Shown piece after piece: positions 38,127-50,500 of a stretch of DNA of 64,000 nucleotides. The notes below the pieces were generated by a model. It had not been told where the DNA came from, made no database searches, and saw nothing but the letters and a program-made list of their open reading frames with translations. The stretch is from Eledone cirrhosa (Eukaryota), in contig OZ024753.1 of the NCBI GenBank assembly GCA_964016885.1, positions 28,334,001 to 28,398,000 of the forward strand. The letters are read 5' to 3'. A program made the position numbers and the translations under genes. Positions within the stretch are counted from its first letter, which is position 1, and the number at the start of each line of letters is the position of its first letter.

Positions 38127-40512
38127 GACGAAGTCTGTGGCTGGAGCAGGCCTATAGGCAGGAGGAGAGTAACGTGGTGGTGAAACAGTAAGGTGGAGGA
38201 GTCAATTAAGGCCAAAAAGTAGGCTTGGAAAGTATGGCGGGATGGGGGAAGTAGAGAAGACTATCAAGTGGCCAGGAGGGAAGCTAGGAGACAAGTGTAC
38301 TTCGCAAGAAGGGAAGCAGAGGAAAGAAAGTTCAATTATGTTCTACAACGCGAGGACCAAAAACGTGAGGAGTTCAGGATTGCTAGGCAATGTGTCAAGG
38401 AACACCGTGATATTGTCGGGGAGAAGTGTGTCCTTAATGATGATGGTGTACTTGCCATCACTGACGCTGATAAGAAGGTAGCTTGGAAGTGTCACTACGA
38501 AATAGAGGGACCAGCATTATTAGTCGAAGGTAGTATAATAAGTAAGGCAATCAAAGACGGGTAAGGCGGCTGGGCCTTCGGAAATAGTTGCTGAAATGCT
38601 GAATGCTTCTGGAACGGTGGGACACACCATGGTCACCCGGATAGTAAACCAAGTCATACAGAATGGGGTTGTTCCGAAGGACTGGCATAGCAGCATCATC
38701 ATTAACTGCTACAAGGGTAAAGGAGATGCCCTAGATAGGGGTAACTACAGAGGCATTAAATTAATCGACCAGGTCATAAAGGTCACAGAAAAAGTAATAG
38801 CGCAACTAATCAGAGAGCGAATTGATCTAGATGAAATGCAGTTCGGGTTTGTGTCCGGCAAAAGTACCACAGACGCTCTTTTTATTGTACGACAACTACA
38901 GGAGAAGTACCTAGCTAAAAGTAAACCCCTATACTTAGCTTTTGTTGACTTGGAGAAAGCCTTTGACAGAGTCCCCCGTTCCATTATCTGGTGGGCTCTT
39001 AGAAAACTAGGTGTTGATGAATGGCTTGTGAGAGCTATACAAGCCATGTATAACAAAACAGTCAGCAAGGTTAGAATTAACAACGAATATAGTGAAGAGC
39101 GTAAAAGTTGGTGTTCATCAGGGCTCCGTTCTTAGCACCCTACTATTTATTATTGCCCTTCAGGCTATAACAGTGGAGTTCAAGACCGGCTGCCCATGGG
39201 AACTCCTATACGCAGATGATCTAACGCTCATAGCTGAATCAATGGCTGAACTAGAGAAGAAATTCCAAACATAGAAGCATGGCCTAGAATCAAAAGGCCT
39301 TAAAATTAACCTGTCTAAGACTAAAGTTCTAGTTTGTAGGAAGGAAAATAGGGCACCGGTCCCATCCAGGAAATGGCCATGCTCAGTATGTCCCAAATGC
39401 AAAGTATGGGTGCATAAAAGATGTAGTGGGATCACAGGTAAGCTAACTAAGAACATAGATTTTATATGTGGCCGGTGCTCTGGTGCAATAAGTAGCAGCA
39501 AGTGCCCACAGAATACTAGCTCATTCCATTGCACAGATGGTTCTATAGAAATAGTGGACGCCTTCCGTTACTTGGGTGACAAAATCAGCAGTGGTGGAGG
39601 GTGCTCTGAAAGTACAGTAGCTAGAGTCAGAACTAGATGGAAAAAGTTCAGAGAGCTTATACCACTATTAGCCGCTAAAAGGTTCTCTCTAAAAATGAAA
39701 GGCAGGCTGTATGATGCCTGCATACGAACAGCAATGTTACATGGCAGTGAGACCTGGGCATTGTGTGCAGAGGATATACGCAGACCGGAGAGGAACGAAG
39801 CTTGCATGCTCCGCTGGATGTGTAATAGTAATATACGTGAACGGCAAAGCATAAACGAACTAAGGGAAAAATTAGAAATAAGAGGGATCAGATGTTGTTT
39901 ACTCGAGAGAAGACTACGTTGGTATGGTCACGTGATGAGCATGAAAGACGACAGCTGTATAAAAAAGTGCAGGGCAATAAAAATAGACGGTAGCCACGGA
40001 GTAGGCAGACCCAGAAAAACCTGGGACGACTTGATAAATTCCGACCTCACACACTTACACCTCTCCAAGACAATGTCACTGGACCGAGATCTTTGGCGCT
40101 ACACAATAATACAGAAGACCCGCCTTACCAAAGTACAAAGTGAAACCTACTACAGTCAGTAGGCACCTCTAACAAAAATACACACCCGTCCCACTACTCC
40201 CACCCCATCCACACCACCCCTTTCAATGTAAAGTTATGTTGGTACCACAACATCCAGCCCGAAACAAATGAGGTCGTGTAGGTGTCACAACAAAAAAACA
40301 CACAGTCCACGCTGTAATGTGGCCGTGTAGGTAACACAGTAAAAACCTCCCAGTCCACACTGTAAACGTGGTTGGTGTTAGGAAGGGCATCAGGCCGTAG
40401 AAAACCCGCCAGACAGTCCTATGCGAGCAAGACAACCACTCTTGCCTCAAGTGGGAAAACTCCCGTCCAAACAAGCGTGGAAGATGGACGTTAAACGATG
40501 ATGATGATGATA
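38127..40512 (+). mobile_element. 5'-truncated RTE LINE (family B, copy 2), degenerate
   Basis: Highly similar to 11955-14432, including the 3' UTR; internal deletions near 38500 and 39387; (GAT)n tail. Confidence 0.95.
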
Positions 40513-40639
40513 TATATATATATGTGCATATATATATATATGTGTGTATATAAATATATATATATATATGTGTGTGTATATATATATGTGTGTATTTATA
40601 TATATATATGTATATATATATGTGTGTTTCATTTTTTTT

Positions 40640-40971
40640 TCGTCATTTCATTTACGTCTGCTTTTTCCCTGCTTGCAAGGGTGGGACGGGAATTGATTCT
40701 GGCTTGATTTCTACAGCTGGATGCCCTTCCTAACACCAACCTCATTTACAGTGAGTGCTAGGTGCTTTTTTGCCGTGGCACCTCCACGACCACTTTGCAG
40801 TGGAATGATAGGGACCGCAGTCCCTGTCATCTCATTTCTACAGCTGAGTAAACTGGAGTAATGTGAAATAAAGTGTCTTGCTCAAGGAAACAACACATCA
40901 CCCGGTCTGAGAATTGAACTTACAACCTTTCGATTGTAAGGCCAATGCTCTAACCACTAAGCCATGTGCCT

Positions 40972-40975
<4 letters not shown>
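40640..40975 (-). mobile_element. Full-length SINE family 2 (tRNA head plus bipartite RTE part)
   Basis: GGAGGCACATGGCTTAGTGGTTAG head, GTTCAATTC B-box, AGGAAGGGCATCCAGC module, and RTE-A 3' tail. Confidence 0.85.
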
Positions 40976-41065
<90 letters not shown>

Positions 41066-41563
41066 TTGTGTGTGTGTGTGTATAAATATATATGTATATT
41101 TATTATTAGTACGCTCTACAGGTTTTTGTATATATATAATCCTTATCGAGTTCTCTTCAGATGCTGGTCTTCATAATTATTATTACTATATATATGTATA
41201 TATACACACACATAACTAGCCATATTTTTGTGCTTTTATAGACACACACATATAGTTGCTAACATATGTATACACATATAATCCAATCACATATGTAAAG
41301 AGATATTTATTAAAATCTAGACATCATTTGATGCTCATGGATTTTTTTCTGCAATTCTAATCTCTTATATCATACACATATTTCATATAAACATACTGGT
41401 GGACAGATATACATATGCACATCAGACATATACAAGCTCACATATTCAACTATACACATATTAATGCACATGCATAAATAAATATATATATATATCATCA
41501 TCATGTATGTCTACAAATATTTCCCCAATCATTTATTGACACACTCACATGCATGCACACATG

Positions 41564-41623
<60 letters not shown>

Positions 41624-41705
41624 TATGCACACACTTTTGGAAAGGAAAGCTATATACAAATGCAATATACAAATATGGATACATAATTCACTAAAACACG
41701 CACTG

Positions 41706-41738
<33 letters not shown>

Positions 41739-41974
41739 CATATGCATCGTCCCACCCTTGCAAGCAGGGAAAAGCGGACGTAAAATGATGATGATGATGA
41801 TGATGATGCATGTATACACACATGTGTACATATATGTATGAACAGACATTTGTATATATATGCACTATGTACATAAGTAGAAGTTTATATGACTCATGGA
41901 GGCATCTTTTGGATGATTCATAGAAACATGTATGCTAGCACACACATTTACATTGAGGAAAATATATATCTATG

Positions 41975-42156
41975 TATTTTGTTGCTGTGCTGATAAATCG
42001 TTTTGGCATTGATACACTGGTTGGATGCCCTTCCTAACACCAGCGCCACTTTACAGCATGGACTGGGTGCATTTATTAGTGCCACCAGCACTAGAGAGGA
42101 TGTCTTACTAGACTCAAGGGCCCTCTCTACTCCTCCATTTTACAGCGTGGTCATAA
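41975..42156 (-). mobile_element. Isolated 5' UTR of RTE family A
   Basis: Reverse complement of 4735-4910 with the same 5' boundary. Confidence 0.85.
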
Positions 42157-42427
42157 AAAAAAACAAAAAAAAAACACTTATTGACACTCACGGCACATAC
42201 ACACACACACACACTCACTCACACACCAACACTCATGCATACAAACTACAAACACACACGTCACTCACACACCAACACTCATGCATACAAACACTCACCA
42301 CTCACACACACAAACACATACATACATATATATATATATATATATTACCGTCAGTACTGATACAAAATCAAAATCATGTCAACTGTTGACTTTTCCAGTC
42401 CAGTTTTTATATAACAATAATAATAAT

Positions 42428-42984
<557 letters not shown>

Positions 42985-43290
42985 AAGTATGTACACGTAC
43001 ATACATATATGTATACCGACGTACAGTAGTATGTATATATATATATACATACATGCACACATATATATATGCACGTATGGATTCACTGTACGTCGGTATA
43101 CATATATGTATGTACGTGTACATACTTATATTTAAGTAACAGCCGTACTAAGAGTGGGAAATGAAATATCGTTTCATTTTTTCCGTTTATCGTTTTCGGT
43201 GCACCCGGCCGATTAACCCACTCGATATGCATATTGGGCTACTCAGCCGTTAATATGCATAAGGTAAGTATATACGTTCAACAATCTGGC

Positions 43291-43348
43291 AGGAAGGTAT
43301 ACGTTGCTGACGATAGCTAACAAGCTTGAAACTAGTACAGCGTTCCTT
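43291..43348 (+). ncRNA. Type I hammerhead ribozyme (unit 1)
   Basis: CTGACGA at 43307-43313, GAAAC at 43328-43332, palindromic ACTAGT stem III, predicted GUA cleavage after 43337, stem I ACGTTG/CAGCGT. Confidence 0.85.
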
Positions 43349-43712
43349 TGTCAGTGTTGAACAAACGAGCAACGGTGGTTGCTAGACACTACGGCTTAAT
43401 ACGGGATGTTTGTTTACAAACACACCGAGCATTATAATAAATGTTCGGTGAATCCATACGTGCATATATATATGTGTGCATGTATGTATATATATATATA
43501 CATACTACTGTACGTCGGTATACATATATGTATGTACGTGTACATACTTATATTTAAGTAACAGCCGTACTAAGAGTGGGAAATGAAATATCGTTTCATT
43601 TTTTCCGTTTATCGTTTTCGGTGCACCCGGCCGATTAACCCACTCGATATGCATATTGGGCTACTCAGCCGTTAATATGCATAAGGTAAGTATATACGTT
43701 CAACAATCTGGC

Positions 43713-43770
43713 AGGAAGGTATACGTTGCTGACGATAGCTAACAAGCTTGAAACTAGTACAGCGTTCCTT
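43713..43770 (+). ncRNA. Type I hammerhead ribozyme (unit 2)
   Basis: Identical motif 422 bp downstream; predicted cleavage after 43759. Confidence 0.85.
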
Positions 43771-44144
43771 TGTCAGTGTTGAACAAACGAGCAACGGTGG
43801 TTGCTAGACACTACGGCTTAATACGGGATGTTTGTTTACAAACACACCGAGCATTATAATAAATGTTCGGTGAATCCATACGTGCATATATATATGTGTG
43901 CATGTATGTATATATATATATACATACTACTGTACGTCGGTATACATATATGTATGTACGTGTACATACTTATATTTAAGTAACAGCCGTACTAAGAGTG
44001 GGAAATGAAATATCGTTTCATTTTTTCCGTTTATATATATATATATATATATATATTGGGAAAATTTGAACAGGAACAAAACAGAGAGGCAGTACAACGA
44101 ATGTTTATTAATTTCACGCTCTGGAGAGTGGGGTGGTGGTGGGG

Positions 44145-44180
44145 AACGACGTTTCGGGCATAAGCCCTTCCTCAGGTGAG
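44145..44180 (-). ncRNA. Minimal PLE-type hammerhead motif in a pseudo-LTR-like fragment (44057-44330)
   Basis: CTGAGGA-A-GGGC-TTAT-GCCC-GAAAC-GTC; ACGT palindromic stem III; downstream AATAAA; stem I weak. Confidence 0.65.
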
Positions 44181-44367
44181 AAGTGTGTGGGAACAGAGTT
44201 CAAAGGGTGTGTAGGGGAGTGGTGGAGAGACATATAGCGAAAGGAAACGGTGCGAATGAAATAAAAAATAAAAATAAAGCATGATCAAAATAAAAGGAAT
44301 GAAATAAAAATAAATATAAAAGCATGATATATATATAAACATATATATTCCTGTTCCTTGTTATTAT

Positions 44368-44802
44368 CATGGCAGTATTGGTAGAGAACTAACAACAAGC
44401 TTCGTGGCATATAGTTACTGCATTTTATGTTCTGAGTTCAAATCCTACCTGGGTTAGCTTTGCCTTTCATCCTTACGAGGTCAATAAAATAATGTACCAG
44501 TAACGTACTGGGTCGATTTAATCGATTTTCCCCCTTCCTTTCAAATTGTTGGCCATGTGCCTATATCAGAAACTATTATTATTATTAACAGTCTGCTTCT
44601 TAAGGATACCGACTATAGCGAAATACCAATAGTGTATCATATTTAAATCGACCCCAGTGCCTTACTGGTGCTTTATTTTATCGACCCCTGTAAGGATGAA
44701 AGGCAACACTAACCTCAGCTGGATTTGAACTCAGAACGTAAAGGACTGTAACTCTATGTCACAAAGCAAGGTGTCCAATGCTCTACCAAATCTGTCAATC
44801 CG
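44368..44802. mobile_element. Two SINE family 1 copies in opposite orientation
   Basis: + copy at 44368-44580 and - copy at 44645-44802. Confidence 0.75.
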
Positions 44803-47017
44803 CAATGTTGCATATAATAGGTGAATTTTCTCTTTTACTTAAATTAAAAATTGAGTTGCAGCATCATTCTGTTTCTAAAGTATTGGCAAACAATTTCTTC
44901 TCTCATTACTTCTTATTTCGGTTAATGCATTAAATCAAATATGGACAAAAGTTCTATGTCCCAAACAACTCAATTCAATCTCCAATCAGTATTTGCAGCT
45001 TCTGAATTCAAATACTGGTTATGCACGTTCAAAACTTTTTGTGACATTAATTCTAGATCTCAGCAGATTATATGACCTCGCAATGCATTCAAATTCATAG
45101 CAGATTGTAACAACAATGAGGATATGATAAATTGCCTGAAGGATATTTACATTAAACTAGTGAAACATCAGTTTGGAACTTGCAAGCAATGCCCAACAGA
45201 ATCTATGAATTAAATTCCTTCAGGCATTAAAGCTTCTAGCTACATAACACAAGATAATGTCATCAGAACAGGATAGATACAAAATATTTAATAGTATTCA
45301 TAGAGTAATGGGAAAAACTCAGTGCAAGGAAGCTGTTAGAACTGTTGTTACAAGCTGTCCTTTTAGTTAAATCATTGAAACCACAGGCAGTCTAAAAGCT
45401 GATGAAAATATTTAATGTTTGTGAGATCTCCTCTCGTCCATTTTATTCCTTTTCTCCTTTCTTCCTATCACTTCTGTGAGTCAACACATTTCTTGCCACT
45501 GATTTCTATCCTTTGAGGTAAATTTTACCTGACGCAGTCATTGATTGCATTTTACTGTTTTAACAGCTTCCTTGTGCTATGTTTCAAACTCGATATTCGA
45601 GATAACTTTGTTTATATTTAATAGTAGATACTTCATTTCTGGAATAAGGTGTCATTATATATAAGTGTCATTTATCATAGCCACAGATCGTCTCATGTCA
45701 TGTGAATGAAATTGGGTGAACCTTACATCGGCAGATCTAAGGTTCAGTCTACTTGAAAAGAGAACACTGGCCTTAGAAACAACAGTATCACAAACCAGAG
45801 AACTAGACTTAGATACTCAAATGAAAAAGGTAATTTTTCTCAAGTATGAAAGTCAGGTAATCTAGTTGAGCAGAAAACCAAATATGGGCAAGAAATCAGC
45901 AGATACTTTCCCACTTTTCATATTTTGTAGAAAAGATCAAAACTACATGAAAACAGTTAGACATTTCAGAATAATATTTTGTCCTTGTTTGCAATAGTTT
46001 TTCTCAAGAGGGTTAATCTGAAATTACTCTGTATGTGTGTGTGTAGGTATGTGTGTGTATGTATGTGTGAATGTATGTTTATGTATGTGTATGTGTGTGT
46101 GTGTTTTTATGTGTGTGTGTATGTTTATGTGTGTGTGTATGTCCATGTGTGTGTGTATGTGTGTGTTTATATGTGTATGTGTATGTGTGTATGTATGTGT
46201 GTATGTCTATGTGCGTGTGTGTGTGTATATGTGTGTGTTTGATTGTGTGTATATGTGCATATGTATGTGTGCATATGCGTGATGGTCCTCCGTACCACCG
46301 GATTCTGGCTTCTGTGGCCGAGTGAGTGGGACCGTTACTGTGCACTGGCCCTCCCACTATAAACCTTTCTCGCACAGGTTTCTTCTTTAGCGTGCACTCC
46401 CAAAGCCCTGCGGCAATCCCCCCACTGTCCCCGGACCTGCAAGTCAAGGATTGGCCTCCACAGCCACCTTCGTGCCCACAGCAGACGGGAACTAAAATAA
46501 ATAAGGTATCATCATCGTTTACGATGGACAACCAAGAAGAAAGAAATATATGTGTGTGAGATGATTTCACTGCCATGACTATTGTTCTTAATGTTAATAT
46601 GTGGCATTCAAAGAGAACTTTCCAGCCACACTTGAAAGATTTAATTTATAACATTATTTCTCATTTACAAGACTTATTAAACATAAATTGAAGAGAGAGA
46701 CGAAGGAATAGATAGTGTCTCACTTTGTGATTCATCCATCCCAATGTCTGATGAATTAACAGGTGAAATATTTAATCTTATGAAATCTGACTTACCGATT
46801 GCTAACTTAATTTCAAATCTTAATAACACTCCCACTTCTCATTCTTAATTCCATCACAGACTATTTCTTAAGAGAGTAACACTTTGATTAACAGCAATAG
46901 CAAGATTATTTTACTATTCCTTGACATTTATTAATGAACATCAAAGTTCAAACAGAACTATCAAATCCCCTGAATTACATATTATTGTTATATATTCACT
47001 GTTATTATATACACACT

Positions 47018-47210
47018 GTTAGGCAGTGAATTAGCAGTATCGGTAGAGCGTCGGACACCGTGCTTTCCAGCATAGAGTTACGTCCCTTTATGGTCTGAGT
47101 TCAAATCCCGCCTAGGTTAACTTTGCCTTTCATCCTTACGAGGTCGATAAAATAAAGTACCAGTAATGCACTGGGATAATTGCTGGCCTTGTGCCAATAA
47201 TAGAAACAAT
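47018..47210 (+). mobile_element. Full-length SINE family 1
   Basis: A-box TAGCAGTATCGG, B-box GTTCAAATCC; flanked by the direct repeat TATATACACACTGTTA. Confidence 0.85.
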
Positions 47211-47269
47211 TATATACACACTGTTATCACTACTATATACAGTTATAGTGTATATTATTATATATACAC

Positions 47270-47540
47270 TCGCTGGATAGAAAAACTCAGTAACAATAAT
47301 GGAGCTAAAGGTGAGAAAAGCATTGCCCCCCACAGCAGATACAAACAATGAAGTGTGGAAATGCCTAAACAGACTAAGATCTGATGTGGGACATGCAAAA
47401 GTCACCCTTGCAAAATGGCGATATTTAAAGGATGAGGACATTGTGTGTGACTGCGGCATTGAACCACAGACTATACAGCACCTCCTGATATTGCCCCTAC
47501 TGGAACACCCCTGCACAGCATTGGACTTGGCAGAAGAGAG
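47270..47540 (+). mobile_element. LINE C-terminal fragment (I-group, Ingi/Vingi-like zinc knuckle)
   Basis: WKCLNRLRSDVG...LAKW...CDCGIEPQTIQHLL..P....CT..DL motif. Confidence 0.7.
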
Positions 47541-47586
47541 AAAGTGTTTCCCTTATTATGTTAAATTGTATGAATATAACGATTCC

Positions 47587-50500
47587 TGCTAAGACAGTCG
47601 CTGATATGTGTACCTTGGTAGTTACAAAAGAGAGCTCTATATAATTATTACTGCCAGACAGTCACTCATGTATGGGCCTTGGTAGTTACAAAAGAGAGCT
47701 CTATATAATTATTACTGCCAGACAGTCACTCATGTATGGGCCTTGGTAGTTACAAAAGACAGCTCTATATAATTATTACTGCCAGACAGTCACTCATGTA
47801 TGGGCCTTGGTAGTTACAAAAGACAGCTCTATATAATTATTACTGCCAGACAGTCACTCATGTATGGGCCTTGGTAGTTACAAAAGAGAGCTCTATATAA
47901 TTATTACTGCCAGACAGTCACTCATGTATGGGCCTTGGTAGTTACAAAAGACAGCTCTATATAATTATTACTGCCAGACAGTCACTCATGTATGGGCCTT
48001 GGTAGTTACAAAAGAGAGCTCTATATAATTATTACTGCCAGACATTCACTCATGTATGGGCCTTGTTAGTTACAAAAGAGAGCTCTATATAATTGTTACT
48101 GCCAGACGGTCACTCATGTATGGGCCTTGGTAGTTACAAAAGAGAGCTCTATATAATTATTACTGCCAGACAGTCACTCATGTATGGGCCTTGGTAGTTA
48201 CAAAAGAGAGCTCTATATAATTGTTACTGCCAGACAGTCACTCATGTATGGGCCTTGGTAGTTACAAAAGAGAGCTCTATATAATTATTACTGCCAGACA
48301 GTCACTCATGTATGGGCCTTGGTAGTTACAAAAGAGAGCTCTATATAATTATTACTGCCAGACAGTCACTCATGTATAGGCCTTGGTAGTTACAAAAGAG
48401 AGCTCTATATAATTATTACTGCCAGACAGTCACTCATGTATAGGCATTGGTAGTTACAAAAGAGAGTTATATATAATTATTACTGCCAGACAGTCACTCA
48501 TGTATGGGCCTTGGTAGTTACAAAAGATAGCACTATATAATTATTACTGCCAGACAGTCACTCATGTATGGGCCTTGGTAGTTACAAAAGACAGTTCTAT
48601 ATAATTATTACTGCCAGACAGTCACTCATGTATAGGCATTGGTAGTTACAAAAGAGAGCTCTATATAATTATTACTGCCAGACAGTCACTCATGTATGAG
48701 CCTTGGTAGTTACAAAAGAGAGCTCTATAAAATTATTACTGCCAGACAGTCACTCATGTATGGGCCTTGGTAGTTAAAAAAGACAGCTCTATATAATTAT
48801 TACTGCCAGACAGTCACTCATGTATGGGCCTTGGTAGTTACAAAAGAGAGCTCTATATAATTATTACTGCCAGACAGTCACTCATGTATAGGCCTTGGTA
48901 GTTACACAAGGGAGCTCTATATAATTATTACTGCCAGACAGTCACTCATGTATAGGCCTTGGTAGTTACAAAAGAGAGCTCTATATAATTATTACTGCCA
49001 GACAGTCACTCATGTATGGGCCTTGGTAGTTACAAAAGAGAGCTCTATATAATTATTACTGCCAGACAGTCACTCATGTATGGGCCTTGGTAGTTACAAA
49101 AGACAGCTCTATATAATTATTACAGCCAGAGAGTCATTCATGTATGGGCCTTGGTAGTTACAAAAGAGAGCTCTATATAATTATTACTGCCAGACAGTCA
49201 CTCATGTATGGGCCTTGGTAGTTACAAAAGACAGCTCTATATAATTATTACTGCCAGACAGTCACTCATGTATGGGCCTTGGTAGTTACAAAAGGGAGCT
49301 CTATATAATTATTACTGCCAGACAGTCACTCATGTATGGGCCTTGGTAGTTACAAAAGAGAGCTCTATATAATTATTACTGCCAGACAGTCACTCATGTA
49401 TGGGCCTTGGTAGTTACAAAAGTGAGCTCTATATAATTATTACTGCCAGACAGTCACTCATGTATGGGCCTTGGTAGTTACAAAAGACAGCACTATATAA
49501 TTATTACTGCCAGACAGTCACTCATGTATGGGCCTTGGTAGTTACAAAAGAGAGCTCTATATAATTATTACTGCCAGACAGTCACTCATGTATAGGCCTT
49601 GGTAGTTACAAAAGGGAGCTCTATATAATTATTACTGCCAGACAGTCACTCATGTATAGGCCTTGGTAATTACAAAAGAGAGCTCTATATAATTATTACT
49701 GCCAGACAGTCACTCATGTATGGGCCTTGGTAGTTACAAAAGAGAGCTCTATATAATTATTACTGCCAGACAGTCACTCATGTATGGGCCTTGGTAGTTA
49801 CAAAAGACAGCTCTATATAATTATTACTGCCAGACAGTCACTCATGTATGGGCCTTGGTAGTTACAAAAGAGAGCTCTATATAATTATTACTGCCAGACA
49901 GTCACTCATGTATGGGCCTTGGTAGTTACAAAAGACAGCTCTATATAATTATTACTGCCAGACAGTCACTCATGTATGGGCCTTGGTAGTTACAAAAGGG
50001 AGCTCTATATAATTATTACTGCCAGACAGTCACTCATGTATGGGTCTTGGTAGTTACAAAAGAGAGCTCTATATAATTATTACTGCCAGACAGTCACTCA
50101 TGTATGGGCCTTGGTAGTTACAAAAGAGAGCTCTATACAATTATTACTGCCAGACAGTCACTCATGTATAGGCATTGGTAGTTACAAAAGAGAGCTCTAT
50201 ATAATTATTACTGCCAGACAGTCACTTATGTATGGGCCTTGGTAGTTACAAAAGAGAGCTCTATTAAATTATTACTGCCAGACAGTCACTCATGTATGGG
50301 CCTTGGTAGTTAAAAAAGAGAGCTCTATATAATTATTACTGCAAGACAGTCACTCATGTATGGGCCTTGGTAGTTACAAAAGAGAGCTCTATATAATTAT
50401 TACTGCCAGACAGTCACTCATGTATGGGCCTTGGTAGTTACAAAAGACAGCTCTATATAATTATTACTGCCAGACAGTCACTCATGTATGGGTCTTGGTA

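Noticed and set aside
46745-46780. CTGATGA...GAAA hammerhead-like spacing
   Set aside because: Stem II is only weak G-U pairs and stems I and III do not pair.
47018-47110. tRNA gene
   Set aside because: A and B boxes are present but there is no cloverleaf; it continues into a multi-copy SINE body.
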